Shown here in pieces: positions 1-8,724 of a stretch of 64,000 nt of DNA. Within the stretch, counting starts at the first letter, position 1. Each line of letters begins with the position of its first letter. The notes beneath the pieces were generated by a model, which worked only from the letters and a program-made list of their open reading frames with translations, was not told the origin of the DNA and did no database searches. The stretch is from a virus. The DNA lies in IMG/VR virus record IMGVR_UViG_3300030687_000017. One strand, 5' to 3'. Both the position numbers and the translations under genes were made by a program.

Positions 1-1
1 G

Positions 2-94
2 AAGGCGATGAAAGAAGGCCCGTTCTTCATCCAGGAAACGACGGAGAGCGGCGCGGAGCGCACCATACCAGTGAAGAACCTGCGAAGGTATTAG
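2..94 (+). CDS. 3' end of an upstream gene (partial, product unknown)
   Basis: Open frame from the window edge to TAG at 92-94; frame-2 translation ...KAMKEGPFFIQETTESGAERTIPVKNLRRY*; next gene RBS follows. Confidence 0.3.
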   Translation, partial: KAMKEGPFFIQETTESGAERTIPVKNLRRY

Positions 95-108
95 ATCGAG
101 GCGCGTCG

Positions 109-315
109 ATGCCATACACCAAGATGTCCTACTGCCGCGCCCGCGTGCCATTCCTTTGGAAGTGGACGCGCGAATGCGGCGTGCTGTACGCGCCGGGGGC
201 GGACCATTGCGGCGTCTGCGGCGCGCCGCGAACCGAGCTCGTAGTGCCGAAGCCCATCAAGATCCCGCCTGGCATGGTCTACATAATATACGAAAGCAAG
301 AAGGAGAAGCAATGA
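109..315 (+). CDS. small zinc-ribbon-like protein
   Basis: 68 aa with Cys pairs (C..C ... CGVCG); GAGG 9 nt upstream of ATG; stop overlaps next start (ATGA). Confidence 0.45.
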   Translation: MPYTKMSYCRARVPFLWKWTRECGVLYAPGADHCGVCGAPRTELVVPKPIKIPPGMVYIIYESKKEKQ

Positions 316-464
316 TTGTAATTATTTTGGTAGTTCTCATCCTCATGAACGGCGTCGGATTCGGCACCGCCCCGGTCGGTGGCTACCGCTACGGCTACGG
401 CGGCCTCGGGTTCCTGCTGCTGATCCTGCTCATCCTCCAACTGCTCGGCTTCATCCATGCCTAG
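312..464 (+). CDS. small hydrophobic (membrane) protein, 50 aa
   Basis: ATG at 312 after GGAGAAG RBS, ATGA-coupled to the upstream gene; MIVIILVVLILMNG... one TM helix plus a Gly/Tyr-rich segment. Confidence 0.4.
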   Translation: MIVIILVVLILMNGVGFGTAPVGGYRYGYGGLGFLLLILLILQLLGFIHA

Positions 465-657
465 AGGCGTCAAACGAAAAGTGGAAGAAGTGCTGGTGTT
501 CGGCCGTGGTCGTTTCACCGCCGCACCGGACTTCACTACCAAACCCTGTACTAACGGCAAGCACCACAAATGCTACAGCCTGAAGTGCGCATGCGACTGC
601 CACAAGGCCACCGCAGATAAAGTGAAGTAGCAACCACACTTACAAGGATACCGCCAC

Positions 658-1842
658 GTGCCGATGCCCAACGTGTCAGACGAAAAACTGGCAGCCATAA
701 CAGAGGACGTCAAGTCTAGGCTGTATTCCAGCGACGAGATAATCGTAAGGAGACAGTGCGGAAGCGGTACGGTCGCGAAGGTGCGACGTCAACTGAAAGC
801 GGAAGGATTAGACGTGTCGCTACTGCGACGCAACACTCTGCCGGACATCACAGAATCTATGAAACCGGCAGTGCCCGAGACCGACCACCAGCAACTGCTG
901 CGCAAGGCCCTGAAGAAGGGGCCGAAGACGGCCGAGGAGTTGGCGGACATACTTGACTGCGGTCCATCCAAGGTGCGCGCGCTGGTGGAGTCTATGCAAC
1001 TGGGCGGCTCCATGCTGGCTTCGCGCAAAGATGGACTCATCCAGCTACTCGAGGGTGTGCACATTGAGCCGGCAACCACCGTGTTCAAAGGTGTTGTCGG
1101 CACGCAGCGGTTCGGACTGGTGTCCGACAACCACCTTTGCAACAAGCATTCCCGTCTCGACGTTCTCAACGCGGCATACGATCACTTCGAGCGCGAAGGC
1201 ATCGCGGTCGTATACAACGGCGGCAACTGGATCGACGGCGAGGCGCGCTTCAACAAGACAGAGCTTATCACGCGTCCGGGCATGGACGCCCAGTGCGACT
1301 ACATGATCGACAAGTACCCGATCCGCAAGGGCATCGAGACGCAGTACATCGCCGGAGACGACCACGAAGGCTGGTACCAGCAGCGCGAGGGCGTCGAGAT
1401 CGGCCGCTACCTGGAGCTTCGTGCGCGCGAGCAAGGACGTACAGACCTGAAATACCTGGGTTACGGCGAGCACGACATCAAGCTGCAGGTCAAGGGCGGC
1501 GGATCGGCTCCCATGCGGCTGGTGCATCCGGGCGGCGGCTCCAGTTACGCCACCAGCTACACGGCACAGAAGCTAGTTGAGAGCTACCAGGGCGGCGAGA
1601 AGCCGAAGGTGCTGCTCATCGGCCACTACCACAAGTTCGAGTACGGCTACCCGCGCGAGGTGCACGCCTTGCAGCTGGGATGCACCACCGACCAGAGCCT
1701 GTTCATGCGCAAGCTGAAATTGCAGGCCCACGTCGGGTACAGCGTCGTCTCCATCACGCAGGACGAGACTGGCACCGTGACGCGATTCGCCGTGGAGTTC
1801 TTCCCGTTCTACAACCTGGCGCTGTACGAGAAACGCTTCTAA
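658..1842 (+). CDS. calcineurin-like metallophosphoesterase with N-terminal wHTH-like region
   Basis: Metallophosphatase motifs seen in translation: DNH (VSDNHL), GGNWIDGE, GDDHEG, HPGGG, GHYHK. N-terminal ~130 aa has two HTH-like segments. Confidence 0.7.
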   Translation: MPMPNVSDEKLAAITEDVKSRLYSSDEIIVRRQCGSGTVAKVRRQLKAEGLDVSLLRRNTLPDITESMKPAVPETDHQQLLRKALKKGPKTAEELADILDCGPSKVRALVESMQLGGSMLASRKDGLIQLLEGVHIEPATTVFKGVVGTQRFGLVSDNHLCNKHSRLDVLNAAYDHFEREGIAVVYNGGNWIDGEARFNKTELITRPGMDAQCDYMIDKYPIRKGIETQYIAGDDHEGWYQQREGVEIGRYLELRAREQGRTDLKYLGYGEHDIKLQVKGGGSAPMRLVHPGGGSSYATSYTAQKLVESYQGGEKPKVLLIGHYHKFEYGYPREVHALQLGCTTDQSLFMRKLKLQAHVGYSVVSITQDETGTVTRFAVEFFPFYNLALYEKRF

Positions 1843-1853
1843 GGAGGCCGCTC

Positions 1854-2168
1854 GTGCACCTGTCCCACACGAAACTTCGCCGCGCGTTCCTGAAGTACAA
1901 CGAACTGTACTTCGACAACAAACTGCCGCTAGATACGGACGTGTTGTTTCGTCCACTGGACGGCAAGCACGCCTGCTGCGACTTCACGGACAGGGAAAAC
2001 CACATCATCGAAGTGGACACCATGCGCGCCATCTGCCGCACGCTGTGGAAGCAGGCGTTGCTGCACGAGATGGCGCACATCTCGAGCGGCGACTGCACGC
2101 ACGGACGCAGGTGGCAGGCGGAGATAGACCGGCTGTACACTGTCGGTGCGTTCAAGGGACTGCTGTAG
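1854..2168 (+). CDS. SprT-like / HExxH zinc metalloprotease-like small protein
   Basis: GTG start 6 nt after AAGGAGG; contains HEMAH (HExxH) in ...ALLHEMAHISSGDCTHG...; ~104 aa. Confidence 0.55.
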   Translation: MHLSHTKLRRAFLKYNELYFDNKLPLDTDVLFRPLDGKHACCDFTDRENHIIEVDTMRAICRTLWKQALLHEMAHISSGDCTHGRRWQAEIDRLYTVGAFKGLL

Positions 2169-2226
2169 CAACCTCGTCGTTCTAAACGACTGAGAAACTG
2201 AGTACGACTTTAGCAAGGAGTATTAA

Positions 2227-2520
2227 ATGCCTCAAGGAAACTTCGCAGTGTCCGGTGCGACCGGAACTTCATTTGGCTTCGCAAGTACGGCGGTCGTCCT
2301 GCCCGGATCGGGAACGCTGCTTCGCGTGACGAACCTCGGTCCATGCCACATCACCGTGGCCATCGGCGGTTCCGGCGTAACCGTGAACCAAGGCAATGGA
2401 CTTGTGATCGCAGCCGGTCAGACCGAGTGGCTTACAGTCACGGCGGGTCAGTTCATCGCCGGAGTCGCGGCAGGTGGTCCCGGCAACGCGTCCACATGCA
2501 ATTTGGCCACTGGTACTTAG
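2227..2520 (+). CDS. hypothetical protein (Gly/Thr-rich, 97 aa)
   Basis: Strong RBS AAGGAG then ATG; clean ORF ending just before the tRNA. Confidence 0.55.
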   Translation: MPQGNFAVSGATGTSFGFASTAVVLPGSGTLLRVTNLGPCHITVAIGGSGVTVNQGNGLVIAAGQTEWLTVTAGQFIAGVAAGGPGNASTCNLATGT

Positions 2521-2521
2521 C

Positions 2522-2595
2522 TTCGGCCTTGTCCAATGGTAGGACAAACGGTTTTGATCCGTTGAATCGGAGTTCGAATCTCTGGGCCGAAACCA
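2522..2595 (+). tRNA. tRNA-Gln (anticodon UUG)
   Basis: Manual cloverleaf: acceptor TTCGGCC/GGCCGAA; D-arm GTCC-AATGGTA-GGAC; anticodon stem AACGG/CCGTT with loop TTTTGAT (anticodon TTG); variable loop 4 nt; T-arm CGGAG-TTCGAAT-CTCTG (one G-U); discriminator A and encoded CCA. Confidence 0.8.
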
Positions 2596-2615
2596 ACATA
2601 GAAAAGGAGGGCGTC

Positions 2616-3887
2616 ATGCCCATGAAGAACGGAAGACGAGTGGGCGACGACATCGAGCCGGTCGGCGAGGCCGACCCCGAGCGCGCCCTTGCGTTGGCGA
2701 AGCATGAGGAGGGCCTGACGCAGTCGCAGGACCGGCACAGGGCGAAGGACGTCCTCCCCGTCCCCATCAAGACCTCCAGCCTGGTTCCGCTTCCCTCCGG
2801 AGAGCGCAACGAGGTCTCGTACGCGTCCGACCTGGCCGACCCCGACGACATGACGCTGCCCGAGCTCGAGAAGGAAATCAACTCGCTGCTGTCCAAGTAC
2901 AAGCGAACCAAGCTGGAAGAGGCTCGCTTGCGGTTCCTTACCGACGCCGAAATGGACAAGAAGCGCAAGGCCACCAAGACCACCGACGGGCGTTCGCGCG
3001 ACCGCGGCCGTTTCGTGAAGATGCGCGATTCGAAAGAAAAGACAAAGGCGACAGACATGCTACGAACCAACCTGAATGAGCAGCGCAGTGGCTCCGAACC
3101 GGCCGACCACCTCTTCCGCGCCGCACAGTACGAGATCGGCGGCGACCGCGCTCGCGCCCTAGACTCATACCGCGCCGCAGCCGGTGGCTACCGTCGCGCG
3201 GGCGATCAAGCTGGCGAGCAGAAGGCCAAGGATGGCATCATGTTTTGTCAGTCCGCGTTCGACACGCAGTACGACCACCCCGGCATCGGACGCGTCCGCG
3301 TGTGCGACTCGGTTGACATCGCGCTGCGTACTGCGCTGGAGCGCACCCGCGCCGGAGAGCAGGTTCACGTCGAAGGCAAGACGGTTCGTCCGGGGTTCGC
3401 GCGCGCCAAAGATGGTGCACTACACGCCTACGTGCCCGACAAAGATGACCGATGCGCAATTTGTGGCCGTCCTGCTAATGACAGTTCTACGCACAAAGAC
3501 GCCGCACAATATGACGCGCATGGTCGTGATGCTGCCGGAGCTTGTGAAAACTGCGGTGCCAAAACTTCGGGAGACAATTTCCTGTGTGGAAAATGCCGTG
3601 CTAAGGCAAAGGACGACACCGGCGGACCTCCTCCTGTGGACAATCCAGCCACTCCCGCCGTGCCGGATCCGGTGCCGACGGGGGATGCCATCACACCCGA
3701 GGAGAAGAAAGAACTTGCCGAGTTGAAGTCGTATCGCGGTCCAAACGGCAAATACTCGCTGACGAAAGAACAACGAGCCCGTGAAGTCGAGCTGTTGAAG
3801 AGAGCAAGGCAACCGTTCAAAGACTCAGACTTGAAGGCCTCAGACAAAGCCAAGGCCAGCGACAAGAGGGAGGTTCAACCCGTATGA
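2616..3887 (+). CDS. hypothetical virion-module protein (charged, with Cys-rich zinc-ribbon segment)
   Basis: ATG at 2616 after AAGGAGG, start MPMKNGRR. The longer ORF 2343.. would overlap the tRNA. Internal CAICG...CENCG...CGKC cluster; K/E/D-rich termini. Confidence 0.55.
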   Translation: MPMKNGRRVGDDIEPVGEADPERALALAKHEEGLTQSQDRHRAKDVLPVPIKTSSLVPLPSGERNEVSYASDLADPDDMTLPELEKEINSLLSKYKRTKLEEARLRFLTDAEMDKKRKATKTTDGRSRDRGRFVKMRDSKEKTKATDMLRTNLNEQRSGSEPADHLFRAAQYEIGGDRARALDSYRAAAGGYRRAGDQAGEQKAKDGIMFCQSAFDTQYDHPGIGRVRVCDSVDIALRTALERTRAGEQVHVEGKTVRPGFARAKDGALHAYVPDKDDRCAICGRPANDSSTHKDAAQYDAHGRDAAGACENCGAKTSGDNFLCGKCRAKAKDDTGGPPPVDNPATPAVPDPVPTGDAITPEEKKELAELKSYRGPNGKYSLTKEQRAREVELLKRARQPFKDSDLKASDKAKASDKREVQPV

Positions 3888-5617
3888 CCGAGACAGAGGA
3901 AGAACTCTCCGTCCTCTCCGCGACCAAATCGCCACACGGCTACCTGACCAGCCCGCTCACCGACAACATCCACATGACGGACGAGGGCTACCTCGTGGTC
4001 GTCGGGTGCCCCATCGCGCGCACCGGTTGGCAGAAGTACGCCATCAAGGACCTACCGCAAGAGCGCGCGGCCGACCTCGGCGTGGACATGAGCAACCCGC
4101 ACGCCACCATCGAGCTCTACCGCTCGGAGAAGGAGGTCTTCCATCCGGAGTTCCTCGCGTCGCTGAACGGCAAACCAATCACCAATGGCCATCCTCCCAA
4201 CGGCGAGTTCGTCGATCCGAAGAACTTCAAGAAGCTAACCTGCGGGCATATACAGAACGTGCGCAAGGGTGCGGAGCCGCTGGAGGACGGGGAGTGGCCG
4301 ATCATCGCCGACCTCATCATCAGCGACCACGAATTGATTGAGAAGGTCAAGAACAAGACGGCGCGGGAGATAAGTCTCGGCTACGACTTCTCGATTGACC
4401 GCATGGGCGACAAGATCGTGCAGTGCGGAATGATGGGAAACCACAACGCCGTGGTTCCCAACGGCCGAGCCGGTGACTTCGTATCCATCGTCGACGCCGC
4501 GCCGGAAGACATCAAGACCACTGCCCCACTCGCTGAAGTCAAAGAGCTGAGCGTGGAGACCGCAGTGCTAACAAGTTTACCCTTAGAACCTACTGCGTCG
4601 GTGGAAGTCATCGAAACCACGTACAAACCAATAGTACTTCCACCAATCCCCAAGAAGGAGAAGCAAAACGTGGCCGAGACAAAGCCGAAGAAAGACTGGC
4701 TTCGCATCTTCAAAGGAAAGCATCTCATTGAGATGGCGCGAGCCACCGATGCTGACCCCGAGGAGGTTCTTGATGCTGCCGCAGCGTTGAACGACGACGC
4801 CGAGGAGCCCAAGGACACCGAGAAGAACGAATTCAAGTCTGAAGACAAGAAGGGCGCTAAGGACGGAGAATTGCCCGAGGCGCTAAAGGAAAACGAAATC
4901 AAACCAAAAGCGGAGGACGCTAAAGTGGCAGATGCACGGAAGAAGATGCATGACGCCCTCGACCGTGCACTCGACGCCAAGGCAACCGATGCGAAGGCTT
5001 CGGACTCCAAGGCGAAGGACGCCGACATTGAAGAGCTCAAGGAGTTGCTTGACGAGTTCCTAGACGAGGAAGAGAAGGAGCCCGAGCACGTTGACGATGT
5101 AGCTGATTCGTCCGAGCTCGAAGATGCGCTCAAGGGTGGCAAGGACGCTGAGAAGTGCGAGGAATGCGGCGAGGCGCACGACTCCGAGGAGTGCCCCGGC
5201 GAGGAGATGGACGAGAGCGGCGAGGAAGACATCGACGACGAGGAAGGTGAAAGTCCCGACCCCGACTCCGACGATGACCAAGAGGACGTCGAGGACAAGA
5301 AGGGCAAGGACGCCCGCGCCAACGACCGCGCCCGCGCGGCCGACAGCGTGAACGCCGTTCTCCGCATGCTGCGTCCGGGCGTCGCCCGTTCCAACGACAA
5401 GGCGCTGAAGGCCTCCTTCAACCGCGCGCTTGATGCGGTTAAGAAGTCCAGCCGTGCATCCAGTGGTAGCTACGGTGCGTTTGCCGGCTCGGCGCGCGCC
5501 CGTGACAAGGCTCCGCGCAACCCCAACCCCGATCGTGCCCGCGCCGCTGACGGTAAGGCTGATCCCATGACTAAGATGCAGGAGTTCTACAACTCCGCGC
5601 ACAAGGGAGGTAAGTAA
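3884..5617 (+). CDS. putative prohead protease / scaffolding protein (DUF2213-like N-domain plus acidic low-complexity C-terminus)
   Basis: Position upstream of the capsid gene; C-terminal ~300 aa extremely D/E/K-rich, typical of scaffolds; N-domain resembles phage prohead protease-like families (from memory, not searched). Confidence 0.5.
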   Translation: MTETEEELSVLSATKSPHGYLTSPLTDNIHMTDEGYLVVVGCPIARTGWQKYAIKDLPQERAADLGVDMSNPHATIELYRSEKEVFHPEFLASLNGKPITNGHPPNGEFVDPKNFKKLTCGHIQNVRKGAEPLEDGEWPIIADLIISDHELIEKVKNKTAREISLGYDFSIDRMGDKIVQCGMMGNHNAVVPNGRAGDFVSIVDAAPEDIKTTAPLAEVKELSVETAVLTSLPLEPTASVEVIETTYKPIVLPPIPKKEKQNVAETKPKKDWLRIFKGKHLIEMARATDADPEEVLDAAAALNDDAEEPKDTEKNEFKSEDKKGAKDGELPEALKENEIKPKAEDAKVADARKKMHDALDRALDAKATDAKASDSKAKDADIEELKELLDEFLDEEEKEPEHVDDVADSSELEDALKGGKDAEKCEECGEAHDSEECPGEEMDESGEEDIDDEEGESPDPDSDDDQEDVEDKKGKDARANDRARAADSVNAVLRMLRPGVARSNDKALKASFNRALDAVKKSSRASSGSYGAFAGSARARDKAPRNPNPDRARAADGKADPMTKMQEFYNSAHKGGK

Positions 5618-6414
5618 TGCCACAGTACAGCTTTGGCCAAGTTATCGGTGTAACAGGACCGAATAACGGCTTCCAGGGTACGGTCAGCCGGTTCGGCGAT
5701 CGCGTCATTACGGCGCGTGAATTCGTTCCCTACACGACCACCAACAACCTCAACTTCGGCGACCCTGCGGTCATCATTCCGAACAACCTCGGTGGTTACT
5801 TCGACTCCGTCGCCGACTTCGTAGCCCATTCGGCCGCGAACATCGGCCTCGTTGCCGCGTACTTCGCCGGTATGGCCGTCCGCGAGGTCAAGACGCAGCT
5901 CACCTACCCCGCCGGTCAGGCTCCTGGCATCCAGCAGGTCGGCTACTACGCCAACCTGCAGATGGCTGAGGTTCTGGAGCGCGGCAGCGGCACCATCGCG
6001 CTGGCCGTCGGCGCACCCAACTCACAGGCGCAGGTTTACACCCGCGTGGTTCTGAACGGTGCCGTAACCGCTGGCACAGTCGGCGATTGGGAGACCAACC
6101 CCGCTGCTACTGACCTGTTCAGCACGACCGGTACTGCTGCTGTCAACGCCACGGCGCTCACCATTGCGTCGGCGACCAACACGCAGAACGGTCAGGTCGT
6201 TTCCGGCGCTGGCATCCAAGCTGGCACCTATGTCGTGTCGGGCGGCGGTACGGTGAATATCGTACTCAGCCTTCCCACCACGCAGGCGGTCGCGGCTGGC
6301 ACGCCCGTAACGTTCAGCAACTTGGTTGCGTTGACCGACGTGGTCGCGCGTACCGGCAACCTGGACGTCAACAACATCCTGGAAATCACACTCAAGGGAC
6401 GCCACGCGGCGTAA
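5617..6414 (+). CDS. hypothetical head protein (possible decoration/cement protein)
   Basis: RBS GGGAGG; sits between scaffold and major capsid gene; Gly/Thr/Ala-rich. Confidence 0.45.
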   Translation: MPQYSFGQVIGVTGPNNGFQGTVSRFGDRVITAREFVPYTTTNNLNFGDPAVIIPNNLGGYFDSVADFVAHSAANIGLVAAYFAGMAVREVKTQLTYPAGQAPGIQQVGYYANLQMAEVLERGSGTIALAVGAPNSQAQVYTRVVLNGAVTAGTVGDWETNPAATDLFSTTGTAAVNATALTIASATNTQNGQVVSGAGIQAGTYVVSGGGTVNIVLSLPTTQAVAAGTPVTFSNLVALTDVVARTGNLDVNNILEITLKGRHAA

Positions 6415-6423
6415 GGAGAACCA

Positions 6424-7470
6424 ATGAAGCGTACTATCCCAAATCGCGTACGGGCATTCGATGCCTCTGGCGCGTCAGGTCTGGCGTTCCTTCAGAGCCA
6501 ACTGGAACTGATCGATACGGACCTCGTCCGTCCTTTGCAGGCTGTCACGCACAAGCGCGACATCGCTGTTGAAGTAGGTGGAGGCTTCCCGGAGTTCATC
6601 TCCGCGTTCAGCTCCAACTACGCCTCCACTGGTACCTCGTCCTACGGACTCCAGGGTACCAACAACACGGACATCCCCGAAGCACAGGCGGACATCCAGA
6701 AGGGCATCTGGCGCACGTACACATGGGCGATGGGCATGACCATCACCTGGATCGACCTGCGCCGTATGGAGACTTCCCTTCGCACCGGCCAGGCACCGCC
6801 GTTCAGCTTGCAAGAGCTGTACGAGGAGTCGGTCGAGACCACATGGGGCAAGGCTTTGGACTTCGTCACCTACGCTGGCTTCCTCGGAGACGCCGGGTTG
6901 ATCAACAACCCCAACATCTTCGAGTCGGTCGCTCCGGCTGGCGCTTCCACCTTCACCACGTGGGCCAAGAAGACTCCACAGGAGATTCTCGCGGACATCA
7001 ACTTCGCGCTGAATCAGACCGTGCAGAATTCTGGCTACTCGGCCGAGGAGGGCATGGCGGACCGCTTGCTGATCCCGTACACCCAGTTCGCCACGCTCAC
7101 GCAGCCGATCGCAATCGGCGGCGCGCCCGTGGCGATGAGCACCATCGAGTACGTCGAGAAGAACTGCGTCGCGGCGCACCACGGCATCGACTTCAAGATC
7201 AACTTCCTGCCCAACCCATGGATCAGCGGTACCGGCTCCGGCAACACCGCGGCTCCGGGATCGCCCACGGGCGGCAACGGGCTTGATCGCGGGTTCTTCT
7301 ACAAGAACTCGAAGAAGAGCGTGTACCTCAAGGTGCCGCAGCCGTTCATCCAGGCCATCACCGTCCCCACGACCCGCGCAGGCGGGGCGTACGAGACTAT
7401 GTTTGCCGGCTGTATCAGTCAGGTAATCTACAAACGGACCACGACTGCATACTATTTAGACGGTATCTAA
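6424..7470 (+). CDS. putative major capsid protein (DUF2184/encapsulin-like family)
   Basis: RBS AAGGAGAA; 348 aa; synteny protease/scaffold -> small protein -> capsid; recalled family resemblance only. Confidence 0.55.
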   Translation: MKRTIPNRVRAFDASGASGLAFLQSQLELIDTDLVRPLQAVTHKRDIAVEVGGGFPEFISAFSSNYASTGTSSYGLQGTNNTDIPEAQADIQKGIWRTYTWAMGMTITWIDLRRMETSLRTGQAPPFSLQELYEESVETTWGKALDFVTYAGFLGDAGLINNPNIFESVAPAGASTFTTWAKKTPQEILADINFALNQTVQNSGYSAEEGMADRLLIPYTQFATLTQPIAIGGAPVAMSTIEYVEKNCVAAHHGIDFKINFLPNPWISGTGSGNTAAPGSPTGGNGLDRGFFYKNSKKSVYLKVPQPFIQAITVPTTRAGGAYETMFAGCISQVIYKRTTTAYYLDGI

Positions 7471-7500
7471 AATGCCGGTGTCGTAGTCAAATTCGCTAAG

Positions 7501-7518
7501 ACGAGCTATAATTAATGC
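7501..7518 (+). promoter_or_regulatory. -10 element ACGAGCTATAAT immediately upstream of the HNH gene (leaderless-type arrangement)
   Basis: TATAAT at 7507-7512, ATG at 7519 only 6 nt downstream; the same GAGCTATAAT+N6+ATG geometry recurs at 9743-9761. Confidence 0.45.
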
Positions 7519-8046
7519 ATGGCTAAACCTAAGCATTCTATAGCTCGTCTACGCGAAGTTCTTGACTATAAACCACGTAAAGGCATCTTTGTATGGAAAA
7601 TTCATACAAAGTGTCAAGGTAGATTTATAAACCCTGGTGATCGGGCAGGCAGCACTCCAACTGGTAGATCTGATGACAGAATAGGCATAGGATTTGAGGG
7701 TAGGCAGTATCGCGCTCACATCTTAGCTTACGCTTTTATGAAAGGTCGTTGGCCGCCTAAAGGAAAGCTCGTTGACCATCACGATGGCAACGGCGCTAAC
7801 AATAAGCGGACAAATTTGCGCGAAGCAACGCGCACACAGAATCGCTGGAACACACGTCGACTTCGTAAGAGTAATAGTAGCGGTAAGGCCGGTGTTTCGT
7901 GGAATTCACACAACCAGAAGTGGCTGTCGCAAATTGTCGTTCATGGTAAATGCCATGAGAACAAGCTGTTCATAGATAAAGACAAAGCGATTGCGCATCG
8001 TCTAATGCTGGAGAAGAAGTACTTCGGCGAATACGCACCACAGTAA
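7519..8046 (+). CDS. HNH homing endonuclease with AP2 DNA-binding domain
   Basis: HNH motif VDHHDGNGANNKRTNLREAT..QN; AP2-like GKAGVSWNSHNQKWLSQIVVHGK; gene lies in a visibly AT-richer island between structural genes. Confidence 0.8.
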   Translation: MAKPKHSIARLREVLDYKPRKGIFVWKIHTKCQGRFINPGDRAGSTPTGRSDDRIGIGFEGRQYRAHILAYAFMKGRWPPKGKLVDHHDGNGANNKRTNLREATRTQNRWNTRRLRKSNSSGKAGVSWNSHNQKWLSQIVVHGKCHENKLFIDKDKAIAHRLMLEKKYFGEYAPQ

Positions 8047-8059
8047 ATTAACCGCCGTA

Positions 8060-8094
8060 CAAATGCCCAACGACATAAACGCGTTGGGCATTTG
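8060..8094 (+). terminator. stem-loop (13-bp perfect stem) downstream of the HNH gene
   Basis: CAAATGCCCAACG ... CGTTGGGCATTTG inverted repeat; no clear T-tract follows, so the terminator role is uncertain. Confidence 0.35.
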
Positions 8095-8228
8095 TACGTT
8101 CGGACTCGATTTTCAACACAAGGTTGCGTAGGCAGCGTGGCGCTGAGTAAGGTGCCTCCTTGCCGCCAGGCTCTTCTGCCCCTGTCTACGCAGCACTACA
8201 ACCCAAGCAGCAAGGAGAATACAACGTT

Positions 8229-8666
8229 ATGCCAATGCAGCTAGTATTCAAGCGTTCGAAGAGCTTCGTCCACGAGGACGAGGGCACCAAGAGCTTTCTC
8301 GCGCAAGCCAATCCGTCGCAGTCCATAGCCGTTCCCTTTTGGGTTGCTCTCACGCCAACGTTCAAGTATGGCATCAAGGACGGCAGCATCATCAACCTCA
8401 CGCCTGCTGATCAAATGCCGGGCTACAAGGCCGCGCTGCCAGCGCCCGTAATCGTGGAGAAGCCGACGGAGCCTGAAGCGGAAGTAGAGCTGTCCGAGGA
8501 AGATAAGCTCAAGGCCGAGATCGCCGCGAAGGACGATGCAGAGGGCGCGGAGCAGGGTCCGGATGATAAGCCGAAGGCACCGTTCGGCGGGCAGCCCATG
8601 ACTCCCGTGCAGCCCGCGCCGAAAGTCGGTGGCATCACTGCCAGCGTCGGTCGCACCAAGAAGTAA
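8229..8666 (+). CDS. hypothetical protein (145 aa, acidic/Pro-rich C-terminus)
   Basis: ATG at 8229 after AGGAGAA; the longer ORF from 8160 lacks an RBS. Confidence 0.5.
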   Translation: MPMQLVFKRSKSFVHEDEGTKSFLAQANPSQSIAVPFWVALTPTFKYGIKDGSIINLTPADQMPGYKAALPAPVIVEKPTEPEAEVELSEEDKLKAEIAAKDDAEGAEQGPDDKPKAPFGGQPMTPVQPAPKVGGITASVGRTKK

Positions 8667-8724
8667 GCCACAGGGCGTTCGTTGAATCTGCGCGGACGCC
8701 CGACATATTCAGAGAGGATTCCCC

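Noticed and set aside
2343-2615. N-terminal extension of the 514-aa ORF
   Set aside because: Would read through the tRNA-Gln; Arg-rich, no RBS. The real start is ATG 2616 after AAGGAGG.
4381-5421. 346-aa Ser-rich ORF on the - strand
   Set aside because: Antisense to the acidic low-complexity scaffold region; composition (poly-S/A) is the mirror of the GA/GAG-rich sense codons; no RBS.
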